Of a stretch of DNA of 64,000 nucleotides, positions 38,739 through 48,569 are shown piece after piece (position 1 is the stretch's first letter; every line of letters starts with the position of its first letter). This DNA is from Candidatus Lustribacter sp. (GTDB lineage Bacteria > Vulcanimicrobiota > Vulcanimicrobiia > Vulcanimicrobiales > Vulcanimicrobiaceae): the NCBI GenBank assembly GCA_965277805.1, contig OZ255842.1, positions 1,152,001 through 1,216,000 of the forward strand, written 5' to 3'. A program made the position numbers and the translations under genes. The notes beneath the pieces were generated by a model that was given only the letters and a program-made list of their open reading frames with translations, was not told the origin of the DNA and did no database searches.

Positions 38739-39785
38739 TCAGGAGTGAGCGCGATAGGGGCCGAGAATTTTGAGAGCTGCGTCGGTAAAGGACGTATCGA
38801 CGACTTGTTCCACCGTCGTCTCGCTGTCGATGTAGCCGGCGCCCTTGAATGCGGCGAGGTCGAAGCGAAGGTTGGGCAGGTTGAGGCTGCCGTTCACGTC
38901 GACCGCGTTGGGGACGATCTCGCGAAAGATCGCCGCATCGTGAATCGCGGAATATTTGACGAGCGCGTCGATCACCTCGGCACTGTTCGGCCCGTTCAGC
39001 TTCCCTTTGTTCAACGCGCCGGCGACAAACCGCAAGCCTTTGATGTAGGCAACCATAAACTTCACCGCGGTATCGCGTGAATTACGGATGAAGTTGCCGC
39101 TGTAGAAAATAATCGAATTCATGCCGTTGGGGATCAAGACGTCGCTGGCGGAGAAGCGCACGGCGTAACCGCCTTGGATCGCTTTGGTCGCGAACGGTTC
39201 GATCGTGCACGCCGCGTCGATCGACTTGTTGGCGAACGCGGCGATCTGTTCGGGAAACCCGATGAACACTTGATGCACGTCTTGATAGCTGAGTCCGCCG
39301 CGCTTCAACGCTTCGCTCATCGTGACGAACGCCGCGGTGCCCTGTCCGACTTGCGCAAACGTGAGGCCCTTGAGGTCCTTGAACGACTTTACGCGGCCGC
39401 TGTCGATCAGGTCTTTGCGCACGAGGACGGAGATCACGCCGTAGCCCGGTGCCGAGATCGCTTCGCTGGCCACGCATTTCAAATCGATCCCGTGGCCGAC
39501 CGCGTTGAAAACGCCGGCCGTCGGCGCGCCGGTCGCCACGTCGAGCTGGCCCGCGCCGAGCGGCGCCATCATCATCGCGGCCGTTTGCATCGGCGAGATC
39601 TGCACGTCGAGGCCTTGCTCGGCGAAGTAGCCTTTGGCGATCGCGACGCAAATCGGCGCATCGCTCTGCGAGAGCGTCGCTCCGACGCGAACGACCGCGG
39701 GCGTTGCGGCAAATGCGCGGGCGGGCGAAACCAGCGCCGCGGCCACGAGGGCCAGCGTCGCATCCCGTCGCGTCAGCATCGTCAC
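38739..39785 (-). CDS. ABC substrate-binding protein, NMT1/SsuA family
   Basis: Tat-like LTRRD leader; KGYFAEQGLDV, KDLKG, IDAACTIEPF. Confidence 0.85.
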   Translation of the reverse strand: MTMLTRRDATLALVAAALVSPARAFAATPAVVRVGATLSQSDAPICVAIAKGYFAEQGLDVQISPMQTAAMMMAPLGAGQLDVATGAPTAGVFNAVGHGIDLKCVASEAISAPGYGVISVLVRKDLIDSGRVKSFKDLKGLTFAQVGQGTAAFVTMSEALKRGGLSYQDVHQVFIGFPEQIAAFANKSIDAACTIEPFATKAIQGGYAVRFSASDVLIPNGMNSIIFYSGNFIRNSRDTAVKFMVAYIKGLRFVAGALNKGKLNGPNSAEVIDALVKYSAIHDAAIFREIVPNAVDVNGSLNLPNLRFDLAAFKGAGYIDSETTVEQVVDTSFTDAALKILGPYRAHS

Positions 39786-40132
39786 GCTGTTGCCCAGCCG
39801 GCCTCCGAGAGATCGACCCGCGTGCCGACCGGGTCGAGAATGAACGCTTCGTTGAAGCGCCCGTCCACCGGAACGCGGACCGGCGCCTTCGCACCGCCTT
39901 CGACTGCGGTGTCGGCGACGGCTTCGAGATCGTCGACCTCAAAGCCGAAGTGGAAGATGCCTTCAGGCCGTCCGCGTGCCGAGATCAGCGCGAGGTTGAT
40001 GTAGCCGTCGGACACGTAGATCGCGCCGCCGTCGCCGCCGCCGACCATCTTCATCCCGAACGTCTTGATGTAGAACTCAGCGAGGGCTTCGTTGTCGTTG
40101 GCGAGGATCGCAATGTGCTTGATGAGCGGCAC
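39782..40132 (-). CDS. VOC/glyoxalase family protein
   Basis: IKHIAI, FY..TFGM, SDGYINLAL, FHFGFEVDD; paralog of 3015-3434. Confidence 0.85.
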   Translation of the reverse strand: MPLIKHIAILANDNEALAEFYIKTFGMKMVGGGDGGAIYVSDGYINLALISARGRPEGIFHFGFEVDDLEAVADTAVEGGAKAPVRVPVDGRFNEAFILDPVGTRVDLSEAGWATA

Positions 40133-40198
40133 GGGACAACCTCCGGTATGTTTTGGGCGCGATGAAAACGGCTTCCCAGCCAGCCTTCGAATCCCCCG

Positions 40199-41800
40199 CT
40201 AGTAGGCGAGGCCGTACGACTCGCGCCGCGGATCGGCGCCGCCTTCGCGAACGCCGTATGCGTTGATGCGCGTGATGCCTGCGCCGCCCATCGTCACGAA
40301 GAACGGCGGTTCGATGTTGAGGGTGTGGCCGCGGCGGGTCAGCTCCTCGCATACCGCTTGGCCGACCGACGACTCGATGTGCAGCACGCCGTCCGGTGCA
40401 ACGAACCAGCGCGGCGCCTCGACCGCCTGCTGCAAATCCAACCCGCGATCGATCAGGCGCATGATGAGCAGCGTGTTGGTAAACGTTTGACTCGGTCCGC
40501 CGGGCGTGCCGAGGCTCACCATGAAACGGTCGCCCTTGCGAAGCATGTGCGGGTTGAGCGTGTGCAGTGTGCGCTTCTTGGGCGCGACGACGTTCAACGA
40601 TGCGGGGTCGAGCGAGAAGCCGGTCATGCGGTTGTTCATGAGGACACCGGTGCCCGGGATGACGACGCCGCTTCCGAACACGGCGAAGACGCTCTGCAGC
40701 AGCGATACCGCATTGCCGCCGGCGTCGATGACCGAGACGTAGCTCGTGTCGCTCGGGCTCTTCCCGTCGAGCTTGCCGGCGGCGAACGACCTCGCGCGAT
40801 CCGGCGCGATCTCGCGCGCGCGGCGGGCCGTATATTCGGCATCGAGGAGCCGCGCGATCGGCGCCTGCAAGACGAACGTGGGATCGGCGATGTGTCCGCG
40901 CAGGTCCGCGCCGGCAATCTTCATCGCTTCGACGTGCGTGTGGATGAAGTCGGCGCTCGCGTCCGCATAGGATGCGATGGCCGTCGATTCGAGAATCTTC
41001 AGCGCTTCGAGAACGACGAGGCCGACCGAGACCGGCGGCTGCGAGATCACCTCGACATCGCGAAAGCCGGCGCGCAGCGGTTCGCGCCACTCGCTGCGAT
41101 ACGTGCGCAAGTCGTCCGCGCGCAGCAGCGCGCCGGTCTCGCGCGAGTACGCATCGAGCGCCTGCGCGAATTCGCCCTCGTAGTATGAGGCCGCGCCGTC
41201 TTTTGCGATGCCCGTGAGGATGCGCGCGGCGTCGGCCTGCACCAGCACCTCGCCCGCCTGCGGTGCTTTTCCATTCGGCCGGAAGACGGCTGCGGTCGAC
41301 GGGAACTCATGCATCAGCGCGCCGCTGCGCGCGAGCGTGGAGGCGAAGAGCTGCGAGACCGGCATGCCGTTCGCCGCGAGCGCGATGGCCGGCGCAAGTA
41401 CGTCGGACAACGACCGCGTGCCGAACCGCTCGAGCGCGCTCTGCCAGCCGTGGACGGCACCCGGAACCGCGCTCGCGCGCAGACCGTGTTCGGGAATCGC
41501 CGCACCGTACGCGTCGGGCGTCGCCGTTGCCGGCGAGAGACCGCTCGCGTTTAGCGCGTGCGTTTCACCGCTGCGCGCGTCGCTGAAGAGCAGAAACAAG
41601 TCGCTGCCGAGACCGCACGCGTCGGGCTTCAGCACCGCGAGTGCGGCGGCGGCCGCGATGGCGGCGTCGATCGCGTTTCCGCCCCCTCGCAGCTGATCGA
41701 GCCCGGCCTGCGCGGCCAGATGGTGGCCGGCGACGACGGTGCCGTTGCGGCCCATGACCAGCGGCCGGGTAATTTGCGCGCCGAACGGTACGAAACTCAT
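40199..41800 (-). CDS. Gamma-glutamyltransferase family protein
   Basis: GGNAIDAAIA, VPGAVHGW, DTSYVSVID..GNAVS, LMNNRM, GTPGG, GADPRRE. Confidence 0.9.
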   Translation of the reverse strand: MSFVPFGAQITRPLVMGRNGTVVAGHHLAAQAGLDQLRGGGNAIDAAIAAAAALAVLKPDACGLGSDLFLLFSDARSGETHALNASGLSPATATPDAYGAAIPEHGLRASAVPGAVHGWQSALERFGTRSLSDVLAPAIALAANGMPVSQLFASTLARSGALMHEFPSTAAVFRPNGKAPQAGEVLVQADAARILTGIAKDGAASYYEGEFAQALDAYSRETGALLRADDLRTYRSEWREPLRAGFRDVEVISQPPVSVGLVVLEALKILESTAIASYADASADFIHTHVEAMKIAGADLRGHIADPTFVLQAPIARLLDAEYTARRAREIAPDRARSFAAGKLDGKSPSDTSYVSVIDAGGNAVSLLQSVFAVFGSGVVIPGTGVLMNNRMTGFSLDPASLNVVAPKKRTLHTLNPHMLRKGDRFMVSLGTPGGPSQTFTNTLLIMRLIDRGLDLQQAVEAPRWFVAPDGVLHIESSVGQAVCEELTRRGHTLNIEPPFFVTMGGAGITRINAYGVREGGADPRRESYGLAY

Positions 41801-41845
41801 ACCGCGTGGATTAGGGTCGCGGGCTTGCTTGCCTTCTTGACACCA

Positions 41846-41863
41846 AAGATGGACGTATGTAGT
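41846..41863. promoter_or_regulatory. Candidate TetR operator copy 1, just after TTGACA (41837-41842)
   Basis: aagatggacgtatgtagt, similar to the site at 42457. Confidence 0.5.
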
Positions 41864-41873
41864 TATTAAGGGT

Positions 41874-42455
41874 ATGCCGAAAACGTCCAACCGCGACCGG
41901 ATCCTGACCGAGGGCCTGCGCGTCGTCCACGAGCGGGGGTTCGCCAACGCCAGCGTGCGCGACATCGTCCAGGCGGCGGGCGTCCCGCAAGGCTCGTTCA
42001 CGAACCACTTCGCGTCGAAGGAAGCGTTCGGGCTCGAGATCATCGAGATCTACTACGAGAACTCGCGCCGCAACATCGCCGAGACCCTGCGCAACGACGC
42101 CCGCGATCCGCTGGAGCGCCTGGCCGCCTACATCGATAACACCAAGGAGCGCATGAACGCCAATAGCATGCGCAACGGCTGTTTGATGGGGAATTTCACG
42201 GCAGAGGCCGCCGAAAACAGCGAGCCGATCCGGCGCCGGCTGGTCGAGGCGTTCGCCGAGACGCGCGAGGCCTTCGCGTACTGTCTGCGGGCTGCCGTTG
42301 CAGCTGGGCAAATCAAGCCCACGCTGGACGTAAATGACCTCGCCGGCTTTATCGTATCATCGATTCAGGGCGCTATTCTCATTTCGAAGGCGCACCAGAG
42401 CCCCGAGCCGATCGAGCGCTTCAAGCGGGTACTCTTTTCGACCGTCCTTGCTTGA
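41874..42455 (+). CDS. TetR family regulator (NemR-like)
   Basis: SVRDIVQAAGVPQGSFTNHFASKE; GCLMGNF. Confidence 0.9.
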   Translation: MPKTSNRDRILTEGLRVVHERGFANASVRDIVQAAGVPQGSFTNHFASKEAFGLEIIEIYYENSRRNIAETLRNDARDPLERLAAYIDNTKERMNANSMRNGCLMGNFTAEAAENSEPIRRRLVEAFAETREAFAYCLRAAVAAGQIKPTLDVNDLAGFIVSSIQGAILISKAHQSPEPIERFKRVLFSTVLA

Positions 42456-42479
42456 CAATACGGACGTACATATTATAAC
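42452..42479 (+). promoter_or_regulatory. Sigma70-like promoter containing a palindromic operator
   Basis: TTGACA-16 nt-TATAAC; imperfect palindrome aatacggacgtacatatt at 42457-42474. Confidence 0.6.
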
Positions 42480-42488
42480 ATCGGGCTC

Positions 42489-43232
42489 ATGAACGAACCC
42501 GTTGTCCTCATCACCGGCGCGCTCGCCGGGATCGGCCGAGCCACCGCGCTGGCCTTCGCCCGCGACCATGCAAGGATCGTCGTCTCCGGCCGCCACGATG
42601 ACGCGGGCCAGGCGCTGGTGGCCGAACTCCGCGCCCTGGGCTCCGAGGCCGAATTCTTCCGCAGCGACGTCCGCAGTGACGACGATCTGCGGAATCTGGT
42701 CGACCAGACCGTCGCGCGTTTCGGTAGGCTCGACGTCGCGGTCAACAACGCCGGCCGCGAAGGCACGGGGCCTATCACGGAGCAAACGGCGCAAACGTAC
42801 GCCGAGATCTTCGATACGAACGTGCTCGGCGTGCTGCTCAGCCTCAAGCACGAGCTGCGCGTGATGCAGCCGCAAGGCTCGGGCAGCATCATCAACCTTT
42901 CATCCACGGTGGGCCATCGCGGCGCGCCGGGTGCCGCCGTCTATACCGCGAGCAAACACGCGGTCGAAGGTCTGACGAAATCTACCGCGCTCGAGGCCGC
43001 GCCGTTCGGCGTGCGTGTGAACGCCGTTGCGCCGGGCCCGACCGATACCGAAATGCTCACGCGGTTCACCGGCACGGCCGATCGCAAAGCCGGACTCGTG
43101 GCGGGTGTGCCGATGAAACGCGCCGGCACGGTCGATGAGATCGCCGATGCGATCGTTTTTCTTGCCTCATCCAAAGCCGGCTTCATCACCGGACAAATCG
43201 TCGACGTCAACGGCGGAAAGACGGCCCTATAA
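42489..43232 (+). CDS. Short-chain dehydrogenase/reductase
   Basis: TGALAGIG, NNAG, YTASK, VNAVAPG. Confidence 0.95.
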   Translation: MNEPVVLITGALAGIGRATALAFARDHARIVVSGRHDDAGQALVAELRALGSEAEFFRSDVRSDDDLRNLVDQTVARFGRLDVAVNNAGREGTGPITEQTAQTYAEIFDTNVLGVLLSLKHELRVMQPQGSGSIINLSSTVGHRGAPGAAVYTASKHAVEGLTKSTALEAAPFGVRVNAVAPGPTDTEMLTRFTGTADRKAGLVAGVPMKRAGTVDEIADAIVFLASSKAGFITGQIVDVNGGKTAL

Positions 43233-43233
43233 G

Positions 43234-44409
43234 ATGCGCGCGTTCATTACAGCTTTTATTTTGGTCTTTATGGTCGCCGGGTCGACGGCCATTAGTTCGC
43301 TCTTCGTCGGCTATCGCACGCAGTGGGGCCTCACCAGCGCCGACGTCGCGATCGTGTTCTCGGTCTACGTGGGCACGCTGCTGCCGGTGCTGCTGTTCTT
43401 CGGTGGTCTCGCGGAACGTTTCGGACGCCGGCGCGTTGCCGTTGCCGGACTCGCGTTGATGATTGCCGGTCTTGCGACGCTGACGCTTGCGCATACTTTG
43501 GCGTTCCTGATCGTCGCGCGGCTGTTTCAAGGCGCGGGCATCGGTCTTGCGGTCGGTGGGCTGACCGCCGCAATGGCCGAAACGTATCGCGGCAAACTGC
43601 CCACCGGAAGCGTGCTGCAGACGGTGGCGGCGATCGGTCTCTTCATGGGTCCCGTCATCAGCGCGATCGCCTTCAATCTCGGCGGCGGCTTGAACGCCTC
43701 GTACATCCCAGGTCTCGTGATCGCTATCGCGTTGCTGGCGCTGATCCGCTTCGTCGCCGAACGTCCGACGAACCCCGGAACCGCGCAGCCGGCCGACGTG
43801 GCGTATTCGCCGGCGGCCGTGGCGGGCGCGTTGCGCTTCGCTCTGCCGGTCGCATTCGTGTCGTGGGCCGGGCTCTCGCTCTTTCTCTCGCTCATCCCGT
43901 CGTATCTCGCAACGGCGCTGCACGCGACGAACCCGGCGGTCGGGGCGGGCGCGATCTTCGCATCGCAACTGGCGTCGATCATCGTCACGCTGTCCTTGCG
44001 TAACATCTCGCCCGAGCACGGTGGCATCTACGGTTCGCTCGCCAGCGTCACCGGCATCGCATTGCTGGTCATCGGCACGACGACGAACTCGTGGGGCCTG
44101 ATCGTCCTTGCAACGCTGCTTGCGGGCGGCGGCAGCGGCATGGCGTCGGCCGCGAGCTTCGGCATCGCCGGGCGCATCGGCCGCGGTCACCGCGCGAAGG
44201 TGTTCGCCCGCTGGTACGTCGCCGCGTACGCGGGTTACAGCATCCCGGTCCTCGCGATCGGCCTGATCGCCGCGCACACCTCATTCGAAACGGCGTTCAT
44301 CATCGTCACGGCCCTGCTCGCAGCAATAGTCGCGGTACTCCCGCGGCTCTTGCCCGCACGCAACCGCGCCTCGGGATCCGAACTCGACTTCCTCGCTGCA
44401 GCGGCCTAA
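43234..44409 (+). CDS. MFS transporter
   Basis: GGLAERFGRRR motif A; ARLFQG; many TM helices. Confidence 0.9.
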   Translation: MRAFITAFILVFMVAGSTAISSLFVGYRTQWGLTSADVAIVFSVYVGTLLPVLLFFGGLAERFGRRRVAVAGLALMIAGLATLTLAHTLAFLIVARLFQGAGIGLAVGGLTAAMAETYRGKLPTGSVLQTVAAIGLFMGPVISAIAFNLGGGLNASYIPGLVIAIALLALIRFVAERPTNPGTAQPADVAYSPAAVAGALRFALPVAFVSWAGLSLFLSLIPSYLATALHATNPAVGAGAIFASQLASIIVTLSLRNISPEHGGIYGSLASVTGIALLVIGTTTNSWGLIVLATLLAGGGSGMASAASFGIAGRIGRGHRAKVFARWYVAAYAGYSIPVLAIGLIAAHTSFETAFIIVTALLAAIVAVLPRLLPARNRASGSELDFLAAAA

Positions 44410-44450
44410 CATTCGCTGTCGCAACTCGCCTTTTTTTTTCCGCGAATAGG

Positions 44451-44460
44451 TGTATATACA
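44451..44460. promoter_or_regulatory. Perfect palindrome TGTATATACA, candidate MarR operator
   Basis: Directly upstream of the DHA2-MarR gene pair. Confidence 0.5.
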
Positions 44461-44461
44461 A

Positions 44462-45976
44462 ATGAATGCGACCGTGGTGCCTACCGTCGAATTCGGCTGG
44501 CGCCGCTTTGCGATCGTGGCCGGCGTTATGTGCGCGGCCTTGTTGCAGACCCTCGACTCGACGATCGTGAACGTCGCGTTGCCCACAATCGAGGGCAACG
44601 TCGGCGCATCGATCGACGACGGCGCCTGGATCGTCACCGGCTACATCATCTCCAACGTCATCGTCATTCCGCTCGCGCCGTACCTGCTGGCGGTATTCGG
44701 ACGCCGGCAGTACTACGCCGCCTCGATCATCGGCTTCACCCTTGCCTCGGTGCTGTGCGGCACGGCGACGACATTGCCGCTGTTGGTGACGTATCGCATC
44801 GTACAAGGAATCTTCGGCGGCGGTCTCATCGCGACGTCGCAGCTGGTTCTCCGTGAGACCTTTCCAGCGGACAAGATCGGAACGAGTTCCGGTCTCTTCG
44901 CGATCGCGCTGACGGCGGGCCCGGCGCTCGGACCGGTACTGGGCGGCTACCTCACGGATAACTATTCCTGGCCCTGGGTGTTCGAAATCAACCTCGTGCC
45001 GGGTGCGATCGCGGCATTGATCATGCTGACGATGCTGCGCAATCCGCATGCGCCACGCCGCTTGCCGTTCGACGGCGCCGGTGTCGCGCTGCTCGCGGCG
45101 GGTCTCGGGTCGTTTCAATTCGTCCTCGACGAGGGCGAACGCTACGACTGGTTTTCGAGCCCGGACATCGTTCTTGCCGTGGTCGTGAGCGCGGCGGGCT
45201 TGATCGGGTTCGTCGTGTGGGAGCTGTTCGGGGCGAAACACCCGATCGTCGATCTGCGCGCGCTGCGCGCCGGAAACATCGGGATCGGCGTGCTGGTCGC
45301 CGTGCTGCTGGGCATGGTGAGCTTCGGGCCGACGATCATGATGCCGCAGTACGTCCAAGCGAGTCTCGCCTTTACCGCAATGCTCAGCGGTCAGCTGATG
45401 CTCATGCGTGCGCTCCCGGTCGTGCTGCTGACCCCGCTCGTCGCGAACGTGGCGCAGAAGCTAGACCCGCGCATCCTGATTGCGGCCGGCTCGGCGATCA
45501 GCGCGGTGAGCCTGTTCGCCGTCAGCGGCGTCATGACGACGACGAGCGACTTCGGCGCGCTCGCGATCCCGCTCATCCTCAGCGGGGTCGGGCAGGCCGT
45601 CGTGTTCGTGCCGCTTCTGGTCGCCGTTCTGACGAGCGTCCCGCCGCAGCGCAACGCCACGGCGGGCTCGTTTCTCAGTCTGTCGTTCAATATGGGCGCC
45701 TCGATTTCAAGCGCCGTGCTGATCACCATTTTCGATCAACGCACGTATTTCCACGCCGACATCGACCGCGGAGCGGTCACCCTGAATAACCCGCTCTTCG
45801 CCCACCAAGGCATAACGCAACAAGCGATTGCGACGCTGGGACGGCTCGTCAACGCGCAGGCAACGAACGCCGGATTCGCCGATGCAATGCTGGCTCTCGT
45901 TCCGGTTTCGGTCGCGGCGATCGCGCTGCTGGCGTTCATGCGCAGGCGGGCCCCGCAGCCCGTCAAAGCCACCTAG
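44462..45976 (+). CDS. DHA2 (EmrB/QacA) family efflux MFS transporter
   Basis: LDSTIVNVALP, FGRR, RIVQGIFGG, GPALGPVLGG, WPWVFEINLVPG. Confidence 0.92.
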   Translation: MNATVVPTVEFGWRRFAIVAGVMCAALLQTLDSTIVNVALPTIEGNVGASIDDGAWIVTGYIISNVIVIPLAPYLLAVFGRRQYYAASIIGFTLASVLCGTATTLPLLVTYRIVQGIFGGGLIATSQLVLRETFPADKIGTSSGLFAIALTAGPALGPVLGGYLTDNYSWPWVFEINLVPGAIAALIMLTMLRNPHAPRRLPFDGAGVALLAAGLGSFQFVLDEGERYDWFSSPDIVLAVVVSAAGLIGFVVWELFGAKHPIVDLRALRAGNIGIGVLVAVLLGMVSFGPTIMMPQYVQASLAFTAMLSGQLMLMRALPVVLLTPLVANVAQKLDPRILIAAGSAISAVSLFAVSGVMTTTSDFGALAIPLILSGVGQAVVFVPLLVAVLTSVPPQRNATAGSFLSLSFNMGASISSAVLITIFDQRTYFHADIDRGAVTLNNPLFAHQGITQQAIATLGRLVNAQATNAGFADAMLALVPVSVAAIALLAFMRRRAPQPVKAT

Positions 45977-46405
45977 ATGGCTGCCGCTTCGGTTACCGAT
46001 CTTCCGTGCATGTGTGCGACCATCCGGCGAGCCAGCCGGCTGGTGACGTCCGCATACGATGACGCGTTGCGACCGAGCGGCCTTCGGATTACGCAATTCT
46101 CGATGTTACAAGTCCTGAGTGCCGCCGGCGAACTCTCGCAAACGGAGCTCGGCTCCGCGATGGGGCTCGACCGGACGACGCTCACGCGTTCGCTCAAGCC
46201 GCTCGCGGCGGACGGTCTCGTTCGCATCGCGGCAGGAGCCGACCGCCGCGTGCGGCTGGTCACGGTCACCGCTGCCGGTAAGCGCGCACTGGCCGCCGCA
46301 TTGGCGTGCTGGCGTAACGCACAGCGCGAGCTCAAGCGCAAGCTGGGTCCCGAGTTGTGGGAACGCCTAGTGCGGGACCTGCGGATGGTCGCGGACGTTC
46401 ACTAG
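45977..46405 (+). CDS. MarR family transcriptional regulator
   Basis: CMCATIRRASR..YD, ITQFSML, LDRTTLTRSL, DRRVR..TAAG. Confidence 0.9.
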   Translation: MAAASVTDLPCMCATIRRASRLVTSAYDDALRPSGLRITQFSMLQVLSAAGELSQTELGSAMGLDRTTLTRSLKPLAADGLVRIAAGADRRVRLVTVTAAGKRALAAALACWRNAQRELKRKLGPELWERLVRDLRMVADVH

Positions 46406-47433
46406 CGCACGACGCCGATGAGTTTGGTGGCTTCGGCGGAGAGCGAGGTGTCGACGACGCGGTCGACTGTGATGTCGCCGCCCTCGATGAAGCCCTGGGC
46501 TTTGTAGAACGCAAGGTCGGCGCGCATCGAGGCGAGGTTGAGCCGGCCGTTCGGATCGGCGCTCGTGGGCGTCGTGCGCATGACGAGTGCTTGCGGCGCA
46601 CCGGTTTGGGTTGAGATGAGCTGGCTGACTTCTTGACCGATCGGGCCGTCGAACTTACCGTTTTTCAACGCCGAACGATAGTAGCGCACGCCTTTGAGGA
46701 ATCCGGCGAGGTAACGAACGATCACGTCGCGCCTGTTCTTGATCAGCGCGGCCGAACACAGCACACACGACACTTCCTGATCGGGATAGAACTGGTCGTT
46801 GCCCATGATGGCGACGGCCACGCCGCTTTCGACCGCGAGCGTTGCGAACGGTTCGATCGTGAGCGCGCCGTCGATCGCGCCGTTGGTGAGCGCGATCGCG
46901 TGCTGGTTGTACGGCAGCACCGTGCGCTGCACGTCGTTATACGCGATCCCCGCCATGGCGGTGAGCCGCGCCATCTGGCAGGCGCTCGAACTCGCCTTCG
47001 CGGCGCCGGCGATGGTCATGCCCTTGAGGTCTTTGATCGTCTTGAAGCGCCCGCTCTTCACGAGGTCAGTGCGGATCAACAGTTTCGACCAGCCGTAGCC
47101 CTTCGGATCCGTCGAGGCGTCGGCAACCGCGCGGATGTCGATGCCGCGGATCACCGCGTTGTACAAGCTTGCCGCCGGCGCGCCGGAGCCGATGTCGAGG
47201 CCCGTTTGCGAGAGCAGCGGCATCATCACTTCGCTCGAGGTGAACTTCACCGGATCGACCTTGATCCCGTGGTCGCGAAAGTACCCTTTGCTGTCGGCGA
47301 TATAGAGCGGCGCGTCGCTGCCGATCCCGAGCACGCCGACCCGAATCGTGGCGAGATCCTGCGCACCCGCGGGTCGTACCGCGAGAGCGGATACGGTTGC
47401 GGCCATGCCGCCGACGAACGGTGCACGCTTCAT
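46402..47433 (-). CDS. ABC substrate-binding protein, NMT1/SsuA family
   Basis: SDAPLYIA..KGYF, KDLKG, IDGALTIEPF; paralog of 38739-39785. Confidence 0.85.
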   Translation of the reverse strand: MKRAPFVGGMAATVSALAVRPAGAQDLATIRVGVLGIGSDAPLYIADSKGYFRDHGIKVDPVKFTSSEVMMPLLSQTGLDIGSGAPAASLYNAVIRGIDIRAVADASTDPKGYGWSKLLIRTDLVKSGRFKTIKDLKGMTIAGAAKASSSACQMARLTAMAGIAYNDVQRTVLPYNQHAIALTNGAIDGALTIEPFATLAVESGVAVAIMGNDQFYPDQEVSCVLCSAALIKNRRDVIVRYLAGFLKGVRYYRSALKNGKFDGPIGQEVSQLISTQTGAPQALVMRTTPTSADPNGRLNLASMRADLAFYKAQGFIEGGDITVDRVVDTSLSAEATKLIGVVR

Positions 47434-48569
47434 GCTTCACTCCGTTTCCCGAGATAGTGGTCGGTATCGGCGCCGAGCTCCGGCGCGGCGCTCGTGATGG
47501 TTACGGGCGTATCGCTCAAGCGCACCGGGCTGCCGACAACGGTGACCGAGCCGCGCTTGGGGTGCGGCAGCGTGCGCTTGAGCTGCAGCTGCTCGACCTG
47601 CGGATCCTCGAAGACTTCCTGAAAGTTGTTGAGCGGCCCGCACGGCACGTCGTTTTTGCGCAAGAGTTCGAGCCACGCCTCGCGCGGTTTCGTGCGGAAG
47701 ATCGCGGCCAACTCGGCATCGAGCGCGTCGTAGTTCTTCACGCGGCCCTCGCGCGTTTTGTAGCGCTCGTCGTTCGCCATTGCCTCGGCGCCGGCCGCTG
47801 TGAGCATGCCCGACCAGAACTTCGGCGGCGAGGAGAGGTGCACGACGAACGGCTTGCCGTCGGCCGCCACGAACGTGAACACTTGCGCTTGGCGCGTGCG
47901 CGTCGCGCGGCTCGGCGATTTCGTGCCCTCTTCGAAGAAGTTGGCGGCGTTCTCGGCCAGAAACGCGATCGACGATTCGAGCAGCGAGGTCTCGACATGC
48001 TGACCGCGCCCCGTGCGCTCGCGCGCGATCAGCGCCGCGAGCACGCCGTAGCAGGCGAAGATGCCGGCAAGATGATCGGAGAGCGAGATGCCCATCGGCT
48101 TCGGATCGTTCATCTCCGTCAGCAGGCTGAGCAGACCGCTCATCCCTTGGCCGACCGTGTCGTACCCCGGATAGTCGCGATACGGCCCTTCGTTGCCGAA
48201 GCCCGTGATCGAAGTATAGATGAGGCGCGGGTTGAGCGCTTGCACGTCGTCGTACCCGAGGCCGCTGCGCTCGAGCGTTCCGGGGCGGAAGTTCTGGATG
48301 AGCACGTCGGCATCGGCGATCAGCCCGCGCAGCATTTCGACGTCGCCCGGGTTCTTGAGATCGAGCACTACGCTTTTCTTGTTGCGGTTGAGCGAGCCGA
48401 ACGTCGCGCTGTATTCGACCTTACCCCAGCCGCGGAACGGATCGCCGCCGTTGGGACCTTCGATCTTGATCACGGTCGCGCCCAGATCGCCGAGCAGCAT
48501 TGCCGCATATGGGCCGCTCACGTAATTCGCGATCTCGAGTACGGTGACGCCGTCGAGTGCCGCGCTCAC
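47430..48569 (-). CDS. CaiB/BaiF family III CoA transferase
   Basis: GPYAAMLLGDLGATVIKIE, LNRNKKS, QNFRPG, PGYD; GTG start overlapping upstream stop. Confidence 0.92.
   Translation of the reverse strand: MSAALDGVTVLEIANYVSGPYAAMLLGDLGATVIKIEGPNGGDPFRGWGKVEYSATFGSLNRNKKSVVLDLKNPGDVEMLRGLIADADVLIQNFRPGTLERSGLGYDDVQALNPRLIYTSITGFGNEGPYRDYPGYDTVGQGMSGLLSLLTEMNDPKPMGISLSDHLAGIFACYGVLAALIARERTGRGQHVETSLLESSIAFLAENAANFFEEGTKSPSRATRTRQAQVFTFVAADGKPFVVHLSSPPKFWSGMLTAAGAEAMANDERYKTREGRVKNYDALDAELAAIFRTKPREAWLELLRKNDVPCGPLNNFQEVFEDPQVEQLQLKRTLPHPKRGSVTVVGSPVRLSDTPVTITSAAPELGADTDHYLGKRSEA

Noticed and set aside
40199-42043. Extended N-termini from the ORF track (GGT 614 aa; also 4706-6148, 19954-23478, 33501-35066)
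   Set aside because: Extensions overlap neighbouring genes; downstream starts fit family boundaries or coupling better
44410-44449. T9 tract as an intrinsic terminator or phase-variation site
   Set aside because: No convincing GC hairpin directly before the T run; intergenic, with no evidence of length variation
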